Positions 19,445-29,637 of a stretch of DNA of 64,000 bases are shown here, piece after piece. The stretch lies in assembly GCA_963832165.1 (NCBI GenBank), contig CAWHTE010000002.1, positions 192,001-256,000 of the forward strand, given 5' to 3'. The DNA comes from an uncultured delta proteobacterium. Its GTDB lineage: Bacteria > Myxococcota_A > UBA9160 > SMWR01. The number at the start of each line of letters is the position of its first letter. The stretch's first letter is position 1. Under the pieces are notes generated by a model. That model did not search any database. It was not told the origin of the DNA and worked only from the letters and a program-made list of their open reading frames with translations. A program made the translations under genes and the position numbers.

Positions 19445-20050
19445 ATGAGCCGTTTGCTGCGTCTGATCCCGATCCTGCTCCTGGCCGGCGTAGTCGCCGC
19501 GTTCAAGGTCCTGCCGTGGTGGGGCAGCGTGGCTCTGCTGGTCGGGCTCGGGCTGTGCGTGAAGCTGTTTGCGTGGCGCCTGCTGAAGGGCCTCATGCTG
19601 GGTGCCTTCCGGGCCAAGGGCGCTGCGCTCGCGGGGGCCGACGCCACGCTGCACGCGATTACGCACGCCACGCCGCCCAAGCCGGGCGCGGACGACTCCC
19701 AGGACGACGAAATGGAGACGTCCGGCACCCTGCGCTGGGTCCACATCGATCTGACGGTTCACGTGCCCGAGAACAACTCGAGCAAGACGCCGTTCCGGCT
19801 CTGGGACGCCGGCGAGCTCAGCATCGTCCCCGTCGACGCGAAGGCCGGTCCGCCCGAAGACGAGGACTCGCTGGGTACGATCGCGGGCGTCGAGCTCTTC
19901 CGCGACGGGAGCTGGGTGACGCTCGACGAGAAGCTCGAGGGCAGTCAGCGCATCCGGCTGCACGCCGGGATGAAGCCGGACGTGCAGTACTTCAAGCTCC
20001 GCTACTACTTCGAGATCGTCGAGAACCGCGCCACCGTCCGGCGCAGCTGA
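19445..20050 (+). CDS. Hypothetical membrane-anchored protein
   Basis: Two N-terminal TM segments and a beta-rich soluble part; coding-like codon usage. Confidence 0.7.
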   Translation: MSRLLRLIPILLLAGVVAAFKVLPWWGSVALLVGLGLCVKLFAWRLLKGLMLGAFRAKGAALAGADATLHAITHATPPKPGADDSQDDEMETSGTLRWVHIDLTVHVPENNSSKTPFRLWDAGELSIVPVDAKAGPPEDEDSLGTIAGVELFRDGSWVTLDEKLEGSQRIRLHAGMKPDVQYFKLRYYFEIVENRATVRRS

Positions 20051-20068
20051 GCGCCCGATCCAACAGGC

Positions 20069-20908
20069 TCAGCTCGCGCGGTCTCCCTGCTCGGCGAACT
20101 GCGGCCGATAGCGCCCGTAGATGTGGTCGCCGATGCGATGCAGGCGCTTGAGCTCGTCGGGAGCCAGCGGTCCGGCCTCGAGCGCGCGCAGCGCCTCCTG
20201 CATCTGATCGCGGTTCTTGGGTCCGCACAACACCATGTCGACGTCCGGATGGGAGAGCGCGAAGCGGTAGCAATCGCGCGCGGGAGGGGGTGCCTCACCC
20301 GCGGGCATCTTGGCCGGATCGCACAGATGTCCCCAACGCGTCGCGGTGTAGGCGACGATGCCGGGGCGGCGCTCGGGCAGATGGGGGAACACATCCTGCT
20401 CCGCGCCGCGGTGGACCGCGTTGTAGCGCAGCATGAAGGCGTCGTAGGGGCTCTCTCCGCGCTCGAAGTCCTCGAAGTGGCCCTGGAGCGAGGGGCGGTT
20501 GTGGGTGCTCATCATGAGGTGGCGCACGAGCCCGCGCGCCTTCAAACGCTGGGCGGCCTCGACGAGCGAGGGTCCCGGCGGCCGGTTCCACATGCCGAGC
20601 AGCAGGAAGTCGAAGTAGGCCAGGCCCGTGCGGCGCAGCGCGATCTCGACCGAGGGCGCCATGAGCGCCGCCACGCGCGTGTAGGACTGCACCGTCACCA
20701 CGACCCGGTCGCGGTCGCGGCGCGCGACGTTGCGGATCGCGCGTCCGAACGCGGTGCGGCGCAGCGACCCCCAGTAGAGGTAGTTGATCCCCTGATCGAC
20801 GGCCTCTTCGATGACACTTTCGTCGGTCGTGAAGCTGCTGCCGATTCCGAGGCGCGACGCGCGCAGACCGGTCTGGCCCAGGACGATCGGATTGTGGAAA
20901 TCGGGCAC
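20069..20908 (-). CDS. Aldo/keto reductase family protein
   Basis: LGQTGLRASRLGIG, GINYL, YNAVHRGAE, YRFALSHPDVDMVLCGP. Confidence 0.85.
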   Translation of the reverse strand: MPDFHNPIVLGQTGLRASRLGIGSSFTTDESVIEEAVDQGINYLYWGSLRRTAFGRAIRNVARRDRDRVVVTVQSYTRVAALMAPSVEIALRRTGLAYFDFLLLGMWNRPPGPSLVEAAQRLKARGLVRHLMMSTHNRPSLQGHFEDFERGESPYDAFMLRYNAVHRGAEQDVFPHLPERRPGIVAYTATRWGHLCDPAKMPAGEAPPPARDCYRFALSHPDVDMVLCGPKNRDQMQEALRALEAGPLAPDELKRLHRIGDHIYGRYRPQFAEQGDRAS

Positions 20909-21044
20909 GGCTTGCCTCCTCGGCGGATTCTCCCGCGTACTGCGCCATCGCGAAAGCGGAATCGTGCACCGGCCGGGCCGGACCGCGGCTTTGCGGTTGA
21001 CCGGCCGCTTGCAGGGCTGCGATCCTCGCCCCCACGAGGTGCCC

Positions 21045-22361
21045 GTGGACCGCTTCGATCCGCTCGATCCCGAGGTGATCGCAGATCCCTATCCCTGGTA
21101 CCGATCGCTCCTGCGCGAGGCTCCGGTCTACCACGACGAGGCCAACGCGCTCTGGGTCCTCTCGCGCTACGACGACGTGCTGGCCGCCACGCGCGCGCCC
21201 AACGCGCTCTCCTCCGAGCAGGGCGTCGCCTACCGGCGCATCGGCCTGCCCATGATGATCTCGATGGATCCGCCCGACCATACGCGGCTGCGCAGCATCG
21301 TGTCGCGCTCCTTCACGCCCAAGAGCCTCGAACGCTGGCGGCCGATCGTGGAACGGCTCGCGCGCGAAGCCGTGGATCGGTTGGTCGAAGACGACACGGC
21401 CGACTTCGTCAGCACCGTGGCGTCGCCGTTCCCGGTCGCAGTGATCGCGGAGATCCTCGGCGTGCCGCACGAAGACCTCCCGCTCTTGCGCCGCGTCTCC
21501 GACGACTTCATCGAGGGCTTCAAGATCGGCCAGGAGAAGAGCCGCGTCGCGGGGCGCTTCATGGACGTGATGTCGCGTCGGACCGTGGTCCACTCGGTCA
21601 GCCGTCTCGGCATGCGCCATCCGCTCGCGATGCGAGCGTTCGTCGGAGGGGTGGCGGCGATCATCCGCGCCGTCGAAGGCACGAGCGGCCGCTGGGCCGA
21701 CGATCTCGACCGCGTGCCGCGCGCGGTGGCGGATCTCCAGGCCTACTGCGTGGACTTGATTCGGGAGCGCAAGCGGCGCCCCGCCGACGACCTGATCTCG
21801 AAGCTGATCGCCGCACAACCCGAGGGTGAGCTCTCGTCCTACGAGATCTTCTGGTTCTTCGTGCTGCTGCTCATTGCGGGCCACGAGACCACCACGAGCC
21901 TGCTCTCCAACCTCGTTCTGGCGCTGGTCGATCACCCCGATGAGTGGGACTCGCTGCGCCTCGATCCGAAGACCGTGCCCGCCGCCGTGAACGAGGCCCT
22001 GCGCTACGACGCGCCCGTGCAGGGCTTCTTCCGCTCCGCGCTCACGCGCTATGCGGTGGGCGACCGCGAGATCCCGGAAGGCGCGCGCGTGCTGCTGCTA
22101 TTCGGCGCAGGCAACCGCGACCCGCGCAAGTATCCGGATCCCGACGTGTTCCGCGCCGCGCGCAATCCCGAGGACCACCTGGCCTTCGGCGGCGGCATCC
22201 ACTTCTGCCTCGGGGCCTCGCTCGCACGCATGGAGGGCGCCGCCGTGCTGGGCGAGCTGGTGCGGCGCGTGCGAAACTTCGAACTCGCGGGTCCGGTGGA
22301 GCGGACCTGCAATCCCACGCTGCGCGGAGCCAGGAAGCTCCCGCTGCGCATCGCGCGATAG
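21045..22361 (+). CDS. Cytochrome P450
   Basis: DPYPWY, MDPPDHTRLR, IAGHETT, EALR, FGGGIHFCLGASLAR; GAGGT before GTG 21045. Confidence 0.95.
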   Translation: MDRFDPLDPEVIADPYPWYRSLLREAPVYHDEANALWVLSRYDDVLAATRAPNALSSEQGVAYRRIGLPMMISMDPPDHTRLRSIVSRSFTPKSLERWRPIVERLAREAVDRLVEDDTADFVSTVASPFPVAVIAEILGVPHEDLPLLRRVSDDFIEGFKIGQEKSRVAGRFMDVMSRRTVVHSVSRLGMRHPLAMRAFVGGVAAIIRAVEGTSGRWADDLDRVPRAVADLQAYCVDLIRERKRRPADDLISKLIAAQPEGELSSYEIFWFFVLLLIAGHETTTSLLSNLVLALVDHPDEWDSLRLDPKTVPAAVNEALRYDAPVQGFFRSALTRYAVGDREIPEGARVLLLFGAGNRDPRKYPDPDVFRAARNPEDHLAFGGGIHFCLGASLARMEGAAVLGELVRRVRNFELAGPVERTCNPTLRGARKLPLRIAR

Positions 22362-22367
22362 GACGAA

Positions 22368-23045
22368 GTGATGGCCCAATCTCCGACGATGGCACCCGGC
22401 GACACGCCGTCCAACGCGCGCGAGGCGCTTCCGGTGTTCTTCTCGCACGCGAGCCCGCGCCTCCTGCTGATCGCGTTCACGGCGGCGCTGTCGGCGCGCG
22501 TCTGGCTCGGCGGATGGTCGGTTTGGGACCTCGCGCCCGTGGCCGTGATCGCGGTGCTCTGGCCGCTCCAGGAGTGGCTGATCCACGTCCTCATCCTGCA
22601 CGCCAAGCCGAAGCAGATCGGCCGCTTCACTTTCGACGGACAGGTGCCGCGCAAGCACCGCGCGCACCACGGCGACCCGTGGAACTACCACCAGTTGTTC
22701 ATTCCTTTCCACTCGTTCACCTATTCGCTGCCGCTGCTCGCAGTGCTCTGCTACGTGCTCACTCCGAGCCTCGAGCTCGCGCTCACGGCGCTCGCGTCGT
22801 ATCTGTTGCTCGCGATCCACTACGAGGCCGTGCACTTCCTGATCCACACGCGCGTTACGCCCTGGGGTGCCTACTACCGCGGGCTCTGGCGCAATCACCG
22901 GCTGCACCACTTCAAGAACGAGAAACACTGGTTCGGAGTGACCCGGCTCGAGGCCGATCGCGTGCTCGGAACGGCGCCGGTCCCGACCGAGGTGCCCGCG
23001 TCGGCGACGGCGCGCACGCTCGGCGTCGCTCCGCCGGCGATCTAG
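22368..23045 (+). CDS. Sterol desaturase / fatty acid hydroxylase family protein
   Basis: His boxes HVLILH, HRAHH, HFLIH, HRLHH. Confidence 0.9.
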   Translation: MMAQSPTMAPGDTPSNAREALPVFFSHASPRLLLIAFTAALSARVWLGGWSVWDLAPVAVIAVLWPLQEWLIHVLILHAKPKQIGRFTFDGQVPRKHRAHHGDPWNYHQLFIPFHSFTYSLPLLAVLCYVLTPSLELALTALASYLLLAIHYEAVHFLIHTRVTPWGAYYRGLWRNHRLHHFKNEKHWFGVTRLEADRVLGTAPVPTEVPASATARTLGVAPPAI

Positions 23046-23057
23046 CCCGCCTTCTGG

Positions 23058-23924
23058 CTAGGCCACACCCTTCGCGCGCAGCGCGGTGAGGATCTCGCGC
23101 GTCGCGGGCGAGCGGTTCAGCGTGAAGAAGTGGATGCCCGGGACGCCGCGCGCGAGCAGCTCTTCGCATTGCTGCGTCGCCCATTCCACGCCGGCCGCAG
23201 CCACCGCATCGGCGTCTCCGTCGACGCGCTCGAGCTCCTTGGCGAGCGCGTCCGGAATGCGGTTGCCATTCATCGCGGCCATGCGCTTGATGCCGGCGAC
23301 GCTCGTCACGGGCATGATCCCCGCGACGATCGGCACCCCGATGCCCGCAGCGCGCGCGCGCTCGACGTAGGCGAAGTAGTCCGCGTTGTCGAAGAAGAGC
23401 TGCGTGATCAGGAACTCGCAGCCCGCGGATACCTTGTGCTGCGCGCCCGCGATATCGACGGTCCAGTCGTGCGAGTGGGGATGCATCTCGGGGTGCGCGG
23501 CGCCGCCGATCGAGAATCCGAACTCGCGTGCGAAACCCGCGAGGTCCGACGCGTGGGCGAAGTCGCGCTGGGCGTCGGCGCCCGCGCCATCCGGCAGATC
23601 GCCGCGCAGCGCGAGCAGGTTCTCGATCCCTTCGTCGCGCAGCTGCTCGAGCACCGCGCGCACCTCGTCGCGCGCGTAGAGCACCGTCACGAGGTGAGCC
23701 ATCGCGGTGAGGCCGAGCTCGCGCTGGATCCGCGCGACCAACGAGAACGTGAGCGGCCGGCGCGGCTTGTCGAGCGGGCAGGTCACGGAGACGAAGTCGG
23801 GGCCCAGGCGCGCGAGCTCCTCGAGCGCGTCGAACAGCGACGTCACGCCCGCGTCCGTCTTGGGCGGGAAGAACTCGAACGAGAACACCGGGCGCTCGAG
23901 GCGGTAGAGTTCGGCGATGCGCAT
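23058..23924 (-). CDS. metF: Methylenetetrahydrofolate reductase
   Basis: FSFEFFPPK, LALRGD, ITQLFFDN, GIHFFTLN. Confidence 0.93.
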   Translation of the reverse strand: MRIAELYRLERPVFSFEFFPPKTDAGVTSLFDALEELARLGPDFVSVTCPLDKPRRPLTFSLVARIQRELGLTAMAHLVTVLYARDEVRAVLEQLRDEGIENLLALRGDLPDGAGADAQRDFAHASDLAGFAREFGFSIGGAAHPEMHPHSHDWTVDIAGAQHKVSAGCEFLITQLFFDNADYFAYVERARAAGIGVPIVAGIMPVTSVAGIKRMAAMNGNRIPDALAKELERVDGDADAVAAAGVEWATQQCEELLARGVPGIHFFTLNRSPATREILTALRAKGVA

Positions 23925-23961
23925 AAGGCCCCGAAGGGGTCGCCGAGTATAGGATGCGGCG

Positions 23962-24177
23962 GTGAAGCCGGTCGAGGTGCCGCCTACCGCGCTCTCGCGC
24001 GAGGCGCTGCGAGCGCTGATCGAGGAGTTCGTCACGCGGGACGGCACCGATTACGGCGCCGTCGAGCGCAGCCTCGACGCCAAGGTGGCCGACGTGTACC
24101 ACCAGCTCGAGCGCGGCGAGGTGCGGGTCGTGTTCGATCCCGAAACCGAGACGACCACGCTCGTTCTGTCGCGCTGA
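23962..24177 (+). CDS. YheU (UPF0270) family protein
   Basis: LIEEFVTRDGTDYG signature. Confidence 0.9.
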   Translation: MKPVEVPPTALSREALRALIEEFVTRDGTDYGAVERSLDAKVADVYHQLERGEVRVVFDPETETTTLVLSR

Positions 24178-24181
24178 ACAA

Positions 24182-24217
24182 AGCGCGGAGCCAGCGGTGA
24201 CCCGCCGACTCCGCGCT
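24182..24217 (+). terminator. Hairpin after the yheU-like gene
   Basis: AGCGCGGAG/CTCCGCGCT arms with an inner GCGG/CCGC stem; no U tract. Confidence 0.4.
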
Positions 24218-24368
24218 CGGGGCGACAGCTGGCCCCTTCCCGTGCCTCATTCTGTCCCCGCGGCGCGCTCGCGGTCAACGGGAATCCCCGGCCCTCGCCG
24301 GCCGGTGCGCGAGGGGGCATCTTCCGGGCGCGCGCCTGTTCCACTGCGCGCAACCGCGGAGGAACTCA

Positions 24369-24770
24369 ATGAAGGCAGTGCTTTGGGTCGGGCTCCTGCT
24401 CACGCTCGCAGGCGCCGTGCACGCGGCCGAGATCGACTGGCAACGCTTCCAGGACCAGGACGTGATCGAGATCGTGACTCACGACGAGGACGGGTCGCTG
24501 CGCGAGACGTCGATCTGGATCGTGACCTTCGACGGGCACGGATACGTGCGCACCAACGACTCGCGCTGGCTCGCGAACATCCGGCGCGGCTCGACCGTGG
24601 CGCTGCGACTCGACGAGCAGGAGTTCGCGGTCGCCGCGCGCGAGCTCGACGATGACGCGATCAATGCGCGCGTGGAGGAGGGCTTCAAGCAGAAATACGG
24701 CTTCACGCAGCGCGTGATGAGCGTGTTCCGCATGACCGAACCGACCTTGCTCGAGCTCAGCGCGCGCTGA
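24369..24770 (+). CDS. DUF2255-like secreted protein (split-barrel fold likely)
   Basis: Signal peptide; DGSLRETSIWIV...YVRT...WLANI...FKQKY; GGAGG RBS. Confidence 0.7.
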   Translation: MKAVLWVGLLLTLAGAVHAAEIDWQRFQDQDVIEIVTHDEDGSLRETSIWIVTFDGHGYVRTNDSRWLANIRRGSTVALRLDEQEFAVAARELDDDAINARVEEGFKQKYGFTQRVMSVFRMTEPTLLELSAR

Positions 24771-24784
24771 GCAGGAGGGCTGCG

Positions 24785-25810
24785 ATGACGCAACGCCGCA
24801 ATCGCCAATGGCTGCTCGCGAAGCGCCCGGCCGGCATGGTGAGCGCCGCGAACTTCGAGTTTCGCGAGGTGCCCGCTGCCGTGCCCGGCGCGGGCGACAT
24901 CCTGGTCAAGAACCTCTACCTCTCGTTCGATCCCGCGATGCGCGGCTGGATGGAGGACCGCCCGAGCTACATGCCGCCGGTCGGGCTCGGCGAGGTGATG
25001 CGCAGCGGCGCCGTCGCGCAAGTGATCGAATCGCAAGACGCGGCGTTTCCGGCCGGAAGTTTCGTGTCGGGGATGTTCGGCTGGCAGGAGTACGCGCTGG
25101 CGGGACGCGGCCGCGCGACGCCGATACCCGCCGGCACGCCGCTGACCTGGCCGCTCGGCGTGCTCGGCATCACGGGGCTCACCGCCTACTTCGGCATGCT
25201 CGACATCGGGCAGCCGAAGTCCGGCGAGACGGTGGTCGTGTCGGGCGCCGCGGGCGCGACCGGATCGATCGCGGCGCAGATCGCGCGGATCCGCGGCGCG
25301 CGCGCGATCGGCATCGCGGGCGGTGTGGAGAAGTGCGCGTGGCTGCGCGAGGAGGCTCGCCTCGACGCCGCGATCGACTACAAGTCCGAGGACGTCGGCG
25401 CGCGCTTGTCCGAGCTGTGCCCGAAGGGCATCGACGTGTTCTTCGACAACGTCGGCGGCGAGATCCTCGAGTCGGTGCTCGACCGGATCGCGCTGCGCGC
25501 GCGCATCGTGCTGTGCGGCGGTATCTCGGGCTACAACGAGAAGGAGCCGCCGCCCGGCCCGCGCAACCTGATGAACCTCGTGCGCCTGCGCGGACGCATG
25601 GAAGGGCTGATCGTGATCGATTACGCGGCGCGCTTCGGCGAGGGCGTGGCGCAGCTCTCCGAATGGGTGCGCGCGGGCGAGCTCGCTCACCGCGAGGACA
25701 TCCAGGAGGGGATCGAGAACGCGCCGCGAACCTTCCTGCGCCTGTTCTCGGGCGAGAATCTGGGCAAGCAACTGCTTCGCGTCGGTGAACCCGAAGGAGA
25801 CGTCCGTTGA
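24785..25810 (+). CDS. NADP-dependent oxidoreductase (CurA/prostaglandin reductase-like MDR)
   Basis: YLSFDPAMRGWM, GLTAYFG, VSGAAGATGS, FFDNVGG, GENLGKQL. Confidence 0.93.
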   Translation: MTQRRNRQWLLAKRPAGMVSAANFEFREVPAAVPGAGDILVKNLYLSFDPAMRGWMEDRPSYMPPVGLGEVMRSGAVAQVIESQDAAFPAGSFVSGMFGWQEYALAGRGRATPIPAGTPLTWPLGVLGITGLTAYFGMLDIGQPKSGETVVVSGAAGATGSIAAQIARIRGARAIGIAGGVEKCAWLREEARLDAAIDYKSEDVGARLSELCPKGIDVFFDNVGGEILESVLDRIALRARIVLCGGISGYNEKEPPPGPRNLMNLVRLRGRMEGLIVIDYAARFGEGVAQLSEWVRAGELAHREDIQEGIENAPRTFLRLFSGENLGKQLLRVGEPEGDVR

Positions 25811-26760
25811 TCTACGACAGCATCCTCGACACGATCGGCAATACCCCGGTCGTGCGCCTCAACCGCATCGCGCCCGCGGGCGTCGAGATCTTCGTGAAGG
25901 TGGAGGCGTTCAACCCGGGCGGCTCCGTGAAGGACCGCCTCGCCTACGCGATCGTCGCCGACGCGGAGCGACGGGGTACGCTCTCGCCGGGCCAGACCGT
26001 CGTGGAGGCCACGTCGGGCAACACGGGCATCGCTCTCGCGATGGTGTGCGCTGCGCGGGGCTATCCATTCGTGGCCACGATGGTCGAGACGTTCTCGATC
26101 GAGCGGCGCAAGGTGATGCGCGCGTTCGGCGCGAAGGTGATCCTCACGCCGGCCGCCGAACGCGGCAGCGGCATGGTGAAGCGCGCTGAAGAGCTCGCGG
26201 AGAAGCACGGCTGGTTCCTCGCGCGTCAGTTCGAGAACCCCGCCAACCCGGAGTATCACCGCCACACGACGGGTCCCGAGATCCTGCGCGACTTCGCCAA
26301 CCGCCGGCTCGACTACTGGGTCACGGGCTGGGGAACGGGCGGAACGCTCACGGGCGCCGGGCAGGTGATCAAGGCCGCGCGCCCCGCGGTGAAGATCATC
26401 GCCACCGAGCCCGAGGTCGCGTCACTGCTCGGAGGGAAGGATTGGAAGCCGCACAAGATCCAGGGCTGGGTGCCCGACTTCCTGCCCGACGTGCTCGACC
26501 CGAACGTGCACGATCAGCTGGTCCCCGTCACGGAAGACGACGCGCGCAAGTGGGCGCGCCGGCTCTCGACCGAGGAGGGCATCTTCGTGGGCCTCTCCGC
26601 GGGTGCCACGCTCGCGGCCGCGATGCAGGTGGCGCGCGACGCGGCGCCCGGCACCACGTTCCTCGTGATGCTGCCCGACACCGGAGAGCGTTACCTCTCG
26701 AGCTGGCTGTTCGACGACCTCGAGTCCGGCTCCGACGAGGCATGGCTCGAGAGCTTGTAA
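25807..26760 (+). CDS. cysK: Cysteine synthase A
   Basis: IGNTPVV, NPGGSVKDR, EATSGNTG, GTGGT, PHKIQG, PDTGERYLS. Confidence 0.93.
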   Translation: MIYDSILDTIGNTPVVRLNRIAPAGVEIFVKVEAFNPGGSVKDRLAYAIVADAERRGTLSPGQTVVEATSGNTGIALAMVCAARGYPFVATMVETFSIERRKVMRAFGAKVILTPAAERGSGMVKRAEELAEKHGWFLARQFENPANPEYHRHTTGPEILRDFANRRLDYWVTGWGTGGTLTGAGQVIKAARPAVKIIATEPEVASLLGGKDWKPHKIQGWVPDFLPDVLDPNVHDQLVPVTEDDARKWARRLSTEEGIFVGLSAGATLAAAMQVARDAAPGTTFLVMLPDTGERYLSSWLFDDLESGSDEAWLESL

Positions 26761-26768
26761 GCGCCCGC

Positions 26769-27869
26769 TCAGAAGTGCAGGTGCACACCGATCCCGATCG
26801 TGTCGATGCGGCGCACGAAGAACTGTCCGTTCGGTGAGTTGCCCTTGAAGAAGTGGGCGAGCAACTGCACGCGCATCTTGGAGAGCTTGGGATTCTCGAG
26901 CTGGATCCCCGCCGCACCCGAGAGCTCCTCGCGCCAGTGGAGCTCCTCTCGCGACCCGTAGTTGAACGCGGCGAGCGGGCGCACCGCGTTGCCGATGAAC
27001 GCGACCGGGCTCTCGAGCTCGACGCCCGCCTGCGCCGAGAGGCGGTGCATGCCCTTGGGGTATGAGTGGAGCAACACGCCGGGGCCGGCATAGAGGCGCA
27101 GCCACGGCCACGGATCGGCCGAGATCAGCAGGTCGGCGCCCTCCCAGCTCAGGTTCACGCGCTCGACCTGGTTGTTCAGCAGATACTCGTCGCCGAGGTG
27201 CGAGCTCTGGTGGTAGAGCCGCAGCTGCGCCGACACGCCGTCGTTGCGCGCCGAGAACGTCGCGCCCGCCCGAAAATCCGAGTTGATCAGATCGTACGAG
27301 TCCTTGTCCATGTCGAAGATCGAGAACACGCCGCCGAGCGCGCCGATCTCCCAGCGCCCGCCCCAGAGGTCGCCGCCGAACAGCGCGAAGGTCTCGCCGA
27401 AGTTCGCGCTGCCGACGTCGCTGAGCTCCGGATCGTCGCGATACCACTGGTAGAGCACCGAGAAGTGGGTCTGACGCGGATCTGCGATCAGGGGATCGAA
27501 GAGCTCGCCGCGCGGCAGCAGCTCGAACAGGTCGGGCTCCTTGGTGGTCTCCGGACCCGGCTCACCGTTCGCCGGCGCGGTGGGCTCTGGTGAGATGCCC
27601 TCGTCGGCTTCGCTGACCTCGACGCGCTCGATGCCCTCGATCTCCATGAGCGCCGTTTCGATCCGCTCGGCCGGTTGATCCCCGAGAGCGACGACCACGA
27701 CGCGTGCGACGCGATCGCGCACTTCGAGGCTCACGACCTTGAGACCGAGATCGCGCTCGATCACGGCCGTGGCGTAGCCCGCGAGGTACGTCTCGTCGGG
27801 AACCGCAAGCGAGCTCGCCGCGCACAGGAGCAGCGCGGCCGCGCACAGCGCGCGAATCGCCGCGCTCAC
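26769..27869 (-). CDS. DUF1207-like outer-membrane/secreted protein
   Basis: Signal peptide; LFDPLIADPR, DLINSDF, RLYHQSSHLGDEY, SPNGQF; terminal Phe. Confidence 0.8.
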   Translation of the reverse strand: MSAAIRALCAAALLLCAASSLAVPDETYLAGYATAVIERDLGLKVVSLEVRDRVARVVVVALGDQPAERIETALMEIEGIERVEVSEADEGISPEPTAPANGEPGPETTKEPDLFELLPRGELFDPLIADPRQTHFSVLYQWYRDDPELSDVGSANFGETFALFGGDLWGGRWEIGALGGVFSIFDMDKDSYDLINSDFRAGATFSARNDGVSAQLRLYHQSSHLGDEYLLNNQVERVNLSWEGADLLISADPWPWLRLYAGPGVLLHSYPKGMHRLSAQAGVELESPVAFIGNAVRPLAAFNYGSREELHWREELSGAAGIQLENPKLSKMRVQLLAHFFKGNSPNGQFFVRRIDTIGIGVHLHF

Positions 27870-28654
27870 GCGGTCCGCCGCGGCGGGCGCGGCACGAACG
27901 CGCTCGTGCGCGCGGCGTAGTCTGCGTAATCGGGGCGGCGCTTCGCGATCGAGCGCTCGAGCAGCGCGACGCCCGAGACGCGCAGCAGCAGGAACGTCAT
28001 CGCGACCGGCGACGCGAGCGTCCAGATCCCGATCGGCGTCGCAGCTGCGATCAGGTAGAGACCCCACCACACGCAGCAGTCGCCGAAGTAGTTGGGGTGG
28101 CGCGTGTAGCGCCATAGCCCGCGGTCCATCACGCGCCCGCGATTCGCGGGGTCGGCGCGGAAGCGCGCGAGCTGGAGATCGCCGACGGCCTCGAAGAACA
28201 GGCCGATCAGCGCGAGCGCGGCGCCCGCCGCATCGAGCGCGCCGAGCGGCCCGCCCGAAGAGACGTGCACCGCCTGCACCGGCAGCGACACGAACCACAT
28301 GAGCAGACTCTGCAGGCCGAACACCGTGAACAGGCTCGCGAGCGGGAAGCGGTCGCCCCAGCGCCGGCGCATCGCCTGATAGCGCGGATCCTCGCCGCGG
28401 CCGATGTTGCGCCACGCGAGATAGCCGCCCAGGCGAACGCCCCAGAGCGCGACGAGCGCGGTCGAGAGCGCGCGGCGCTCCGCATCGCCGCCCGATCCGA
28501 GCAGCCAGGACGCGCCCGCGATCAGCGCGAAGCCCGGCCCCCAGAAGATGTCGACGATGCTCGCGTCGCGCAGCGCGAGCGATACCAGCCACAGCGCGGC
28601 CATCGCCGCGGCGCCGATGGCGAGCGCCGTGGCGAACAGGGTCGGGGCATCCAA
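27866..28654 (-). CDS. DUF1295 (steroid 5-alpha-reductase-like) membrane protein
   Basis: DASIVDIFWG, WGVRLG, EDPRY, GLWRYTRHPNYFGD. Confidence 0.9.
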   Translation of the reverse strand: MDAPTLFATALAIGAAAMAALWLVSLALRDASIVDIFWGPGFALIAGASWLLGSGGDAERRALSTALVALWGVRLGGYLAWRNIGRGEDPRYQAMRRRWGDRFPLASLFTVFGLQSLLMWFVSLPVQAVHVSSGGPLGALDAAGAALALIGLFFEAVGDLQLARFRADPANRGRVMDRGLWRYTRHPNYFGDCCVWWGLYLIAAATPIGIWTLASPVAMTFLLLRVSGVALLERSIAKRRPDYADYAARTSAFVPRPPRRTA

Positions 28655-28731
28655 AATGTGATCACTCCGCAGCCACCCCCAGCATAGCGACAGCGGACGG
28701 AGCGCAAGGGCTGCGCTACGAAGGCGCCGCG

Positions 28732-29637
28732 ATGGCAGTCGACGAAGCGCGCGAGCCGAACGGCGGATCACCGCGCACGCGGCTGTGGCTCGCGCTCGGC
28801 GCCGCGGCGGGAGTCGGCTGCGCGGCGATCGGTCTGCTCCTCCCGGGTGAAGGCGGCCGCGAGCTGCCCGCGAACGCCGCCGCCTCGGTGAACGGCGCGG
28901 TGATCCGGCTCGAGGAGTACGACCGCGCGGTCGCGGCGTTCGCGTCGGACCGCCGCGAGCCGATCGGGCCCGAAGAGCGCCGCCACGTGCTCGATCGGCT
29001 GCTCGACGAGGAGCTGCTCGTACAGCGCGGCCTCGACCTCGGCCTCGCGCGTCACGACCGCCGCGTGCGCGGCGACATCGTATCGGCCGTGATCGAGCTC
29101 GTGGTGTCGCAGGCCGACGCCGAAGCGCCGAGCGACGCCGACTTGCGCGCGTTCTACGAGGAGAATCGCGACTACTTCGCCCGCACCGAGCGGCTGCTCG
29201 TGCAACAGATATTCGTTCGCGCAGCGCCGCTGCGCTCGGAGGACGAGGCGCGCGAACGCGCCGCGGACGCGGCGGCACGGCTGCGCGGCGGCGAGCCGCT
29301 CGAGCGTGTGCAGGCGGCGCTCGGAGATTCCGAGGTCGCGCCGGTGCCGCGCGACCTGCTGCCGATCGCCAAGCTGCGCGAGTATCTGGGCCCGACCGCC
29401 GCGCGCGTCGCGCAGGAGCTCGACGTCGGTGGCACGAGCGAGCCGCAGCGCTCGGCGAGCGGCTACCACGTGATCGTGCTGCTCGACCGCTCGCCCGGGT
29501 TCGCGCCGCCGCTCTCCGAAGTAGAGGACGAGGTGCGGGCCGAGCTGCGCCGACGCGCGGGCGAGCGCGCGCTGCGCGCCTATCTCGACGATCTGCGCGA
29601 GCGTGCCGACGTGCGCGTACGCAGCGAAGTGCCGTGA
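28732..29637 (+). CDS. SurA/PpiC-type peptidylprolyl isomerase-like chaperone
   Basis: TM anchor, AASVNGAVI, LDRLLDEELLVQRG, SEPQRSASGYHVI. Confidence 0.8.
   Translation: MAVDEAREPNGGSPRTRLWLALGAAAGVGCAAIGLLLPGEGGRELPANAAASVNGAVIRLEEYDRAVAAFASDRREPIGPEERRHVLDRLLDEELLVQRGLDLGLARHDRRVRGDIVSAVIELVVSQADAEAPSDADLRAFYEENRDYFARTERLLVQQIFVRAAPLRSEDEARERAADAAARLRGGEPLERVQAALGDSEVAPVPRDLLPIAKLREYLGPTAARVAQELDVGGTSEPQRSASGYHVIVLLDRSPGFAPPLSEVEDEVRAELRRRAGERALRAYLDDLRERADVRVRSEVP

Noticed and set aside
23925..23961. SAM/SAH riboswitch upstream of metF
   Set aside because: The divergent gap is only 37 bp
24218..24368. Structured intergenic region as an ncRNA
   Set aside because: Only generic GC-rich hairpins; no recognisable family motif
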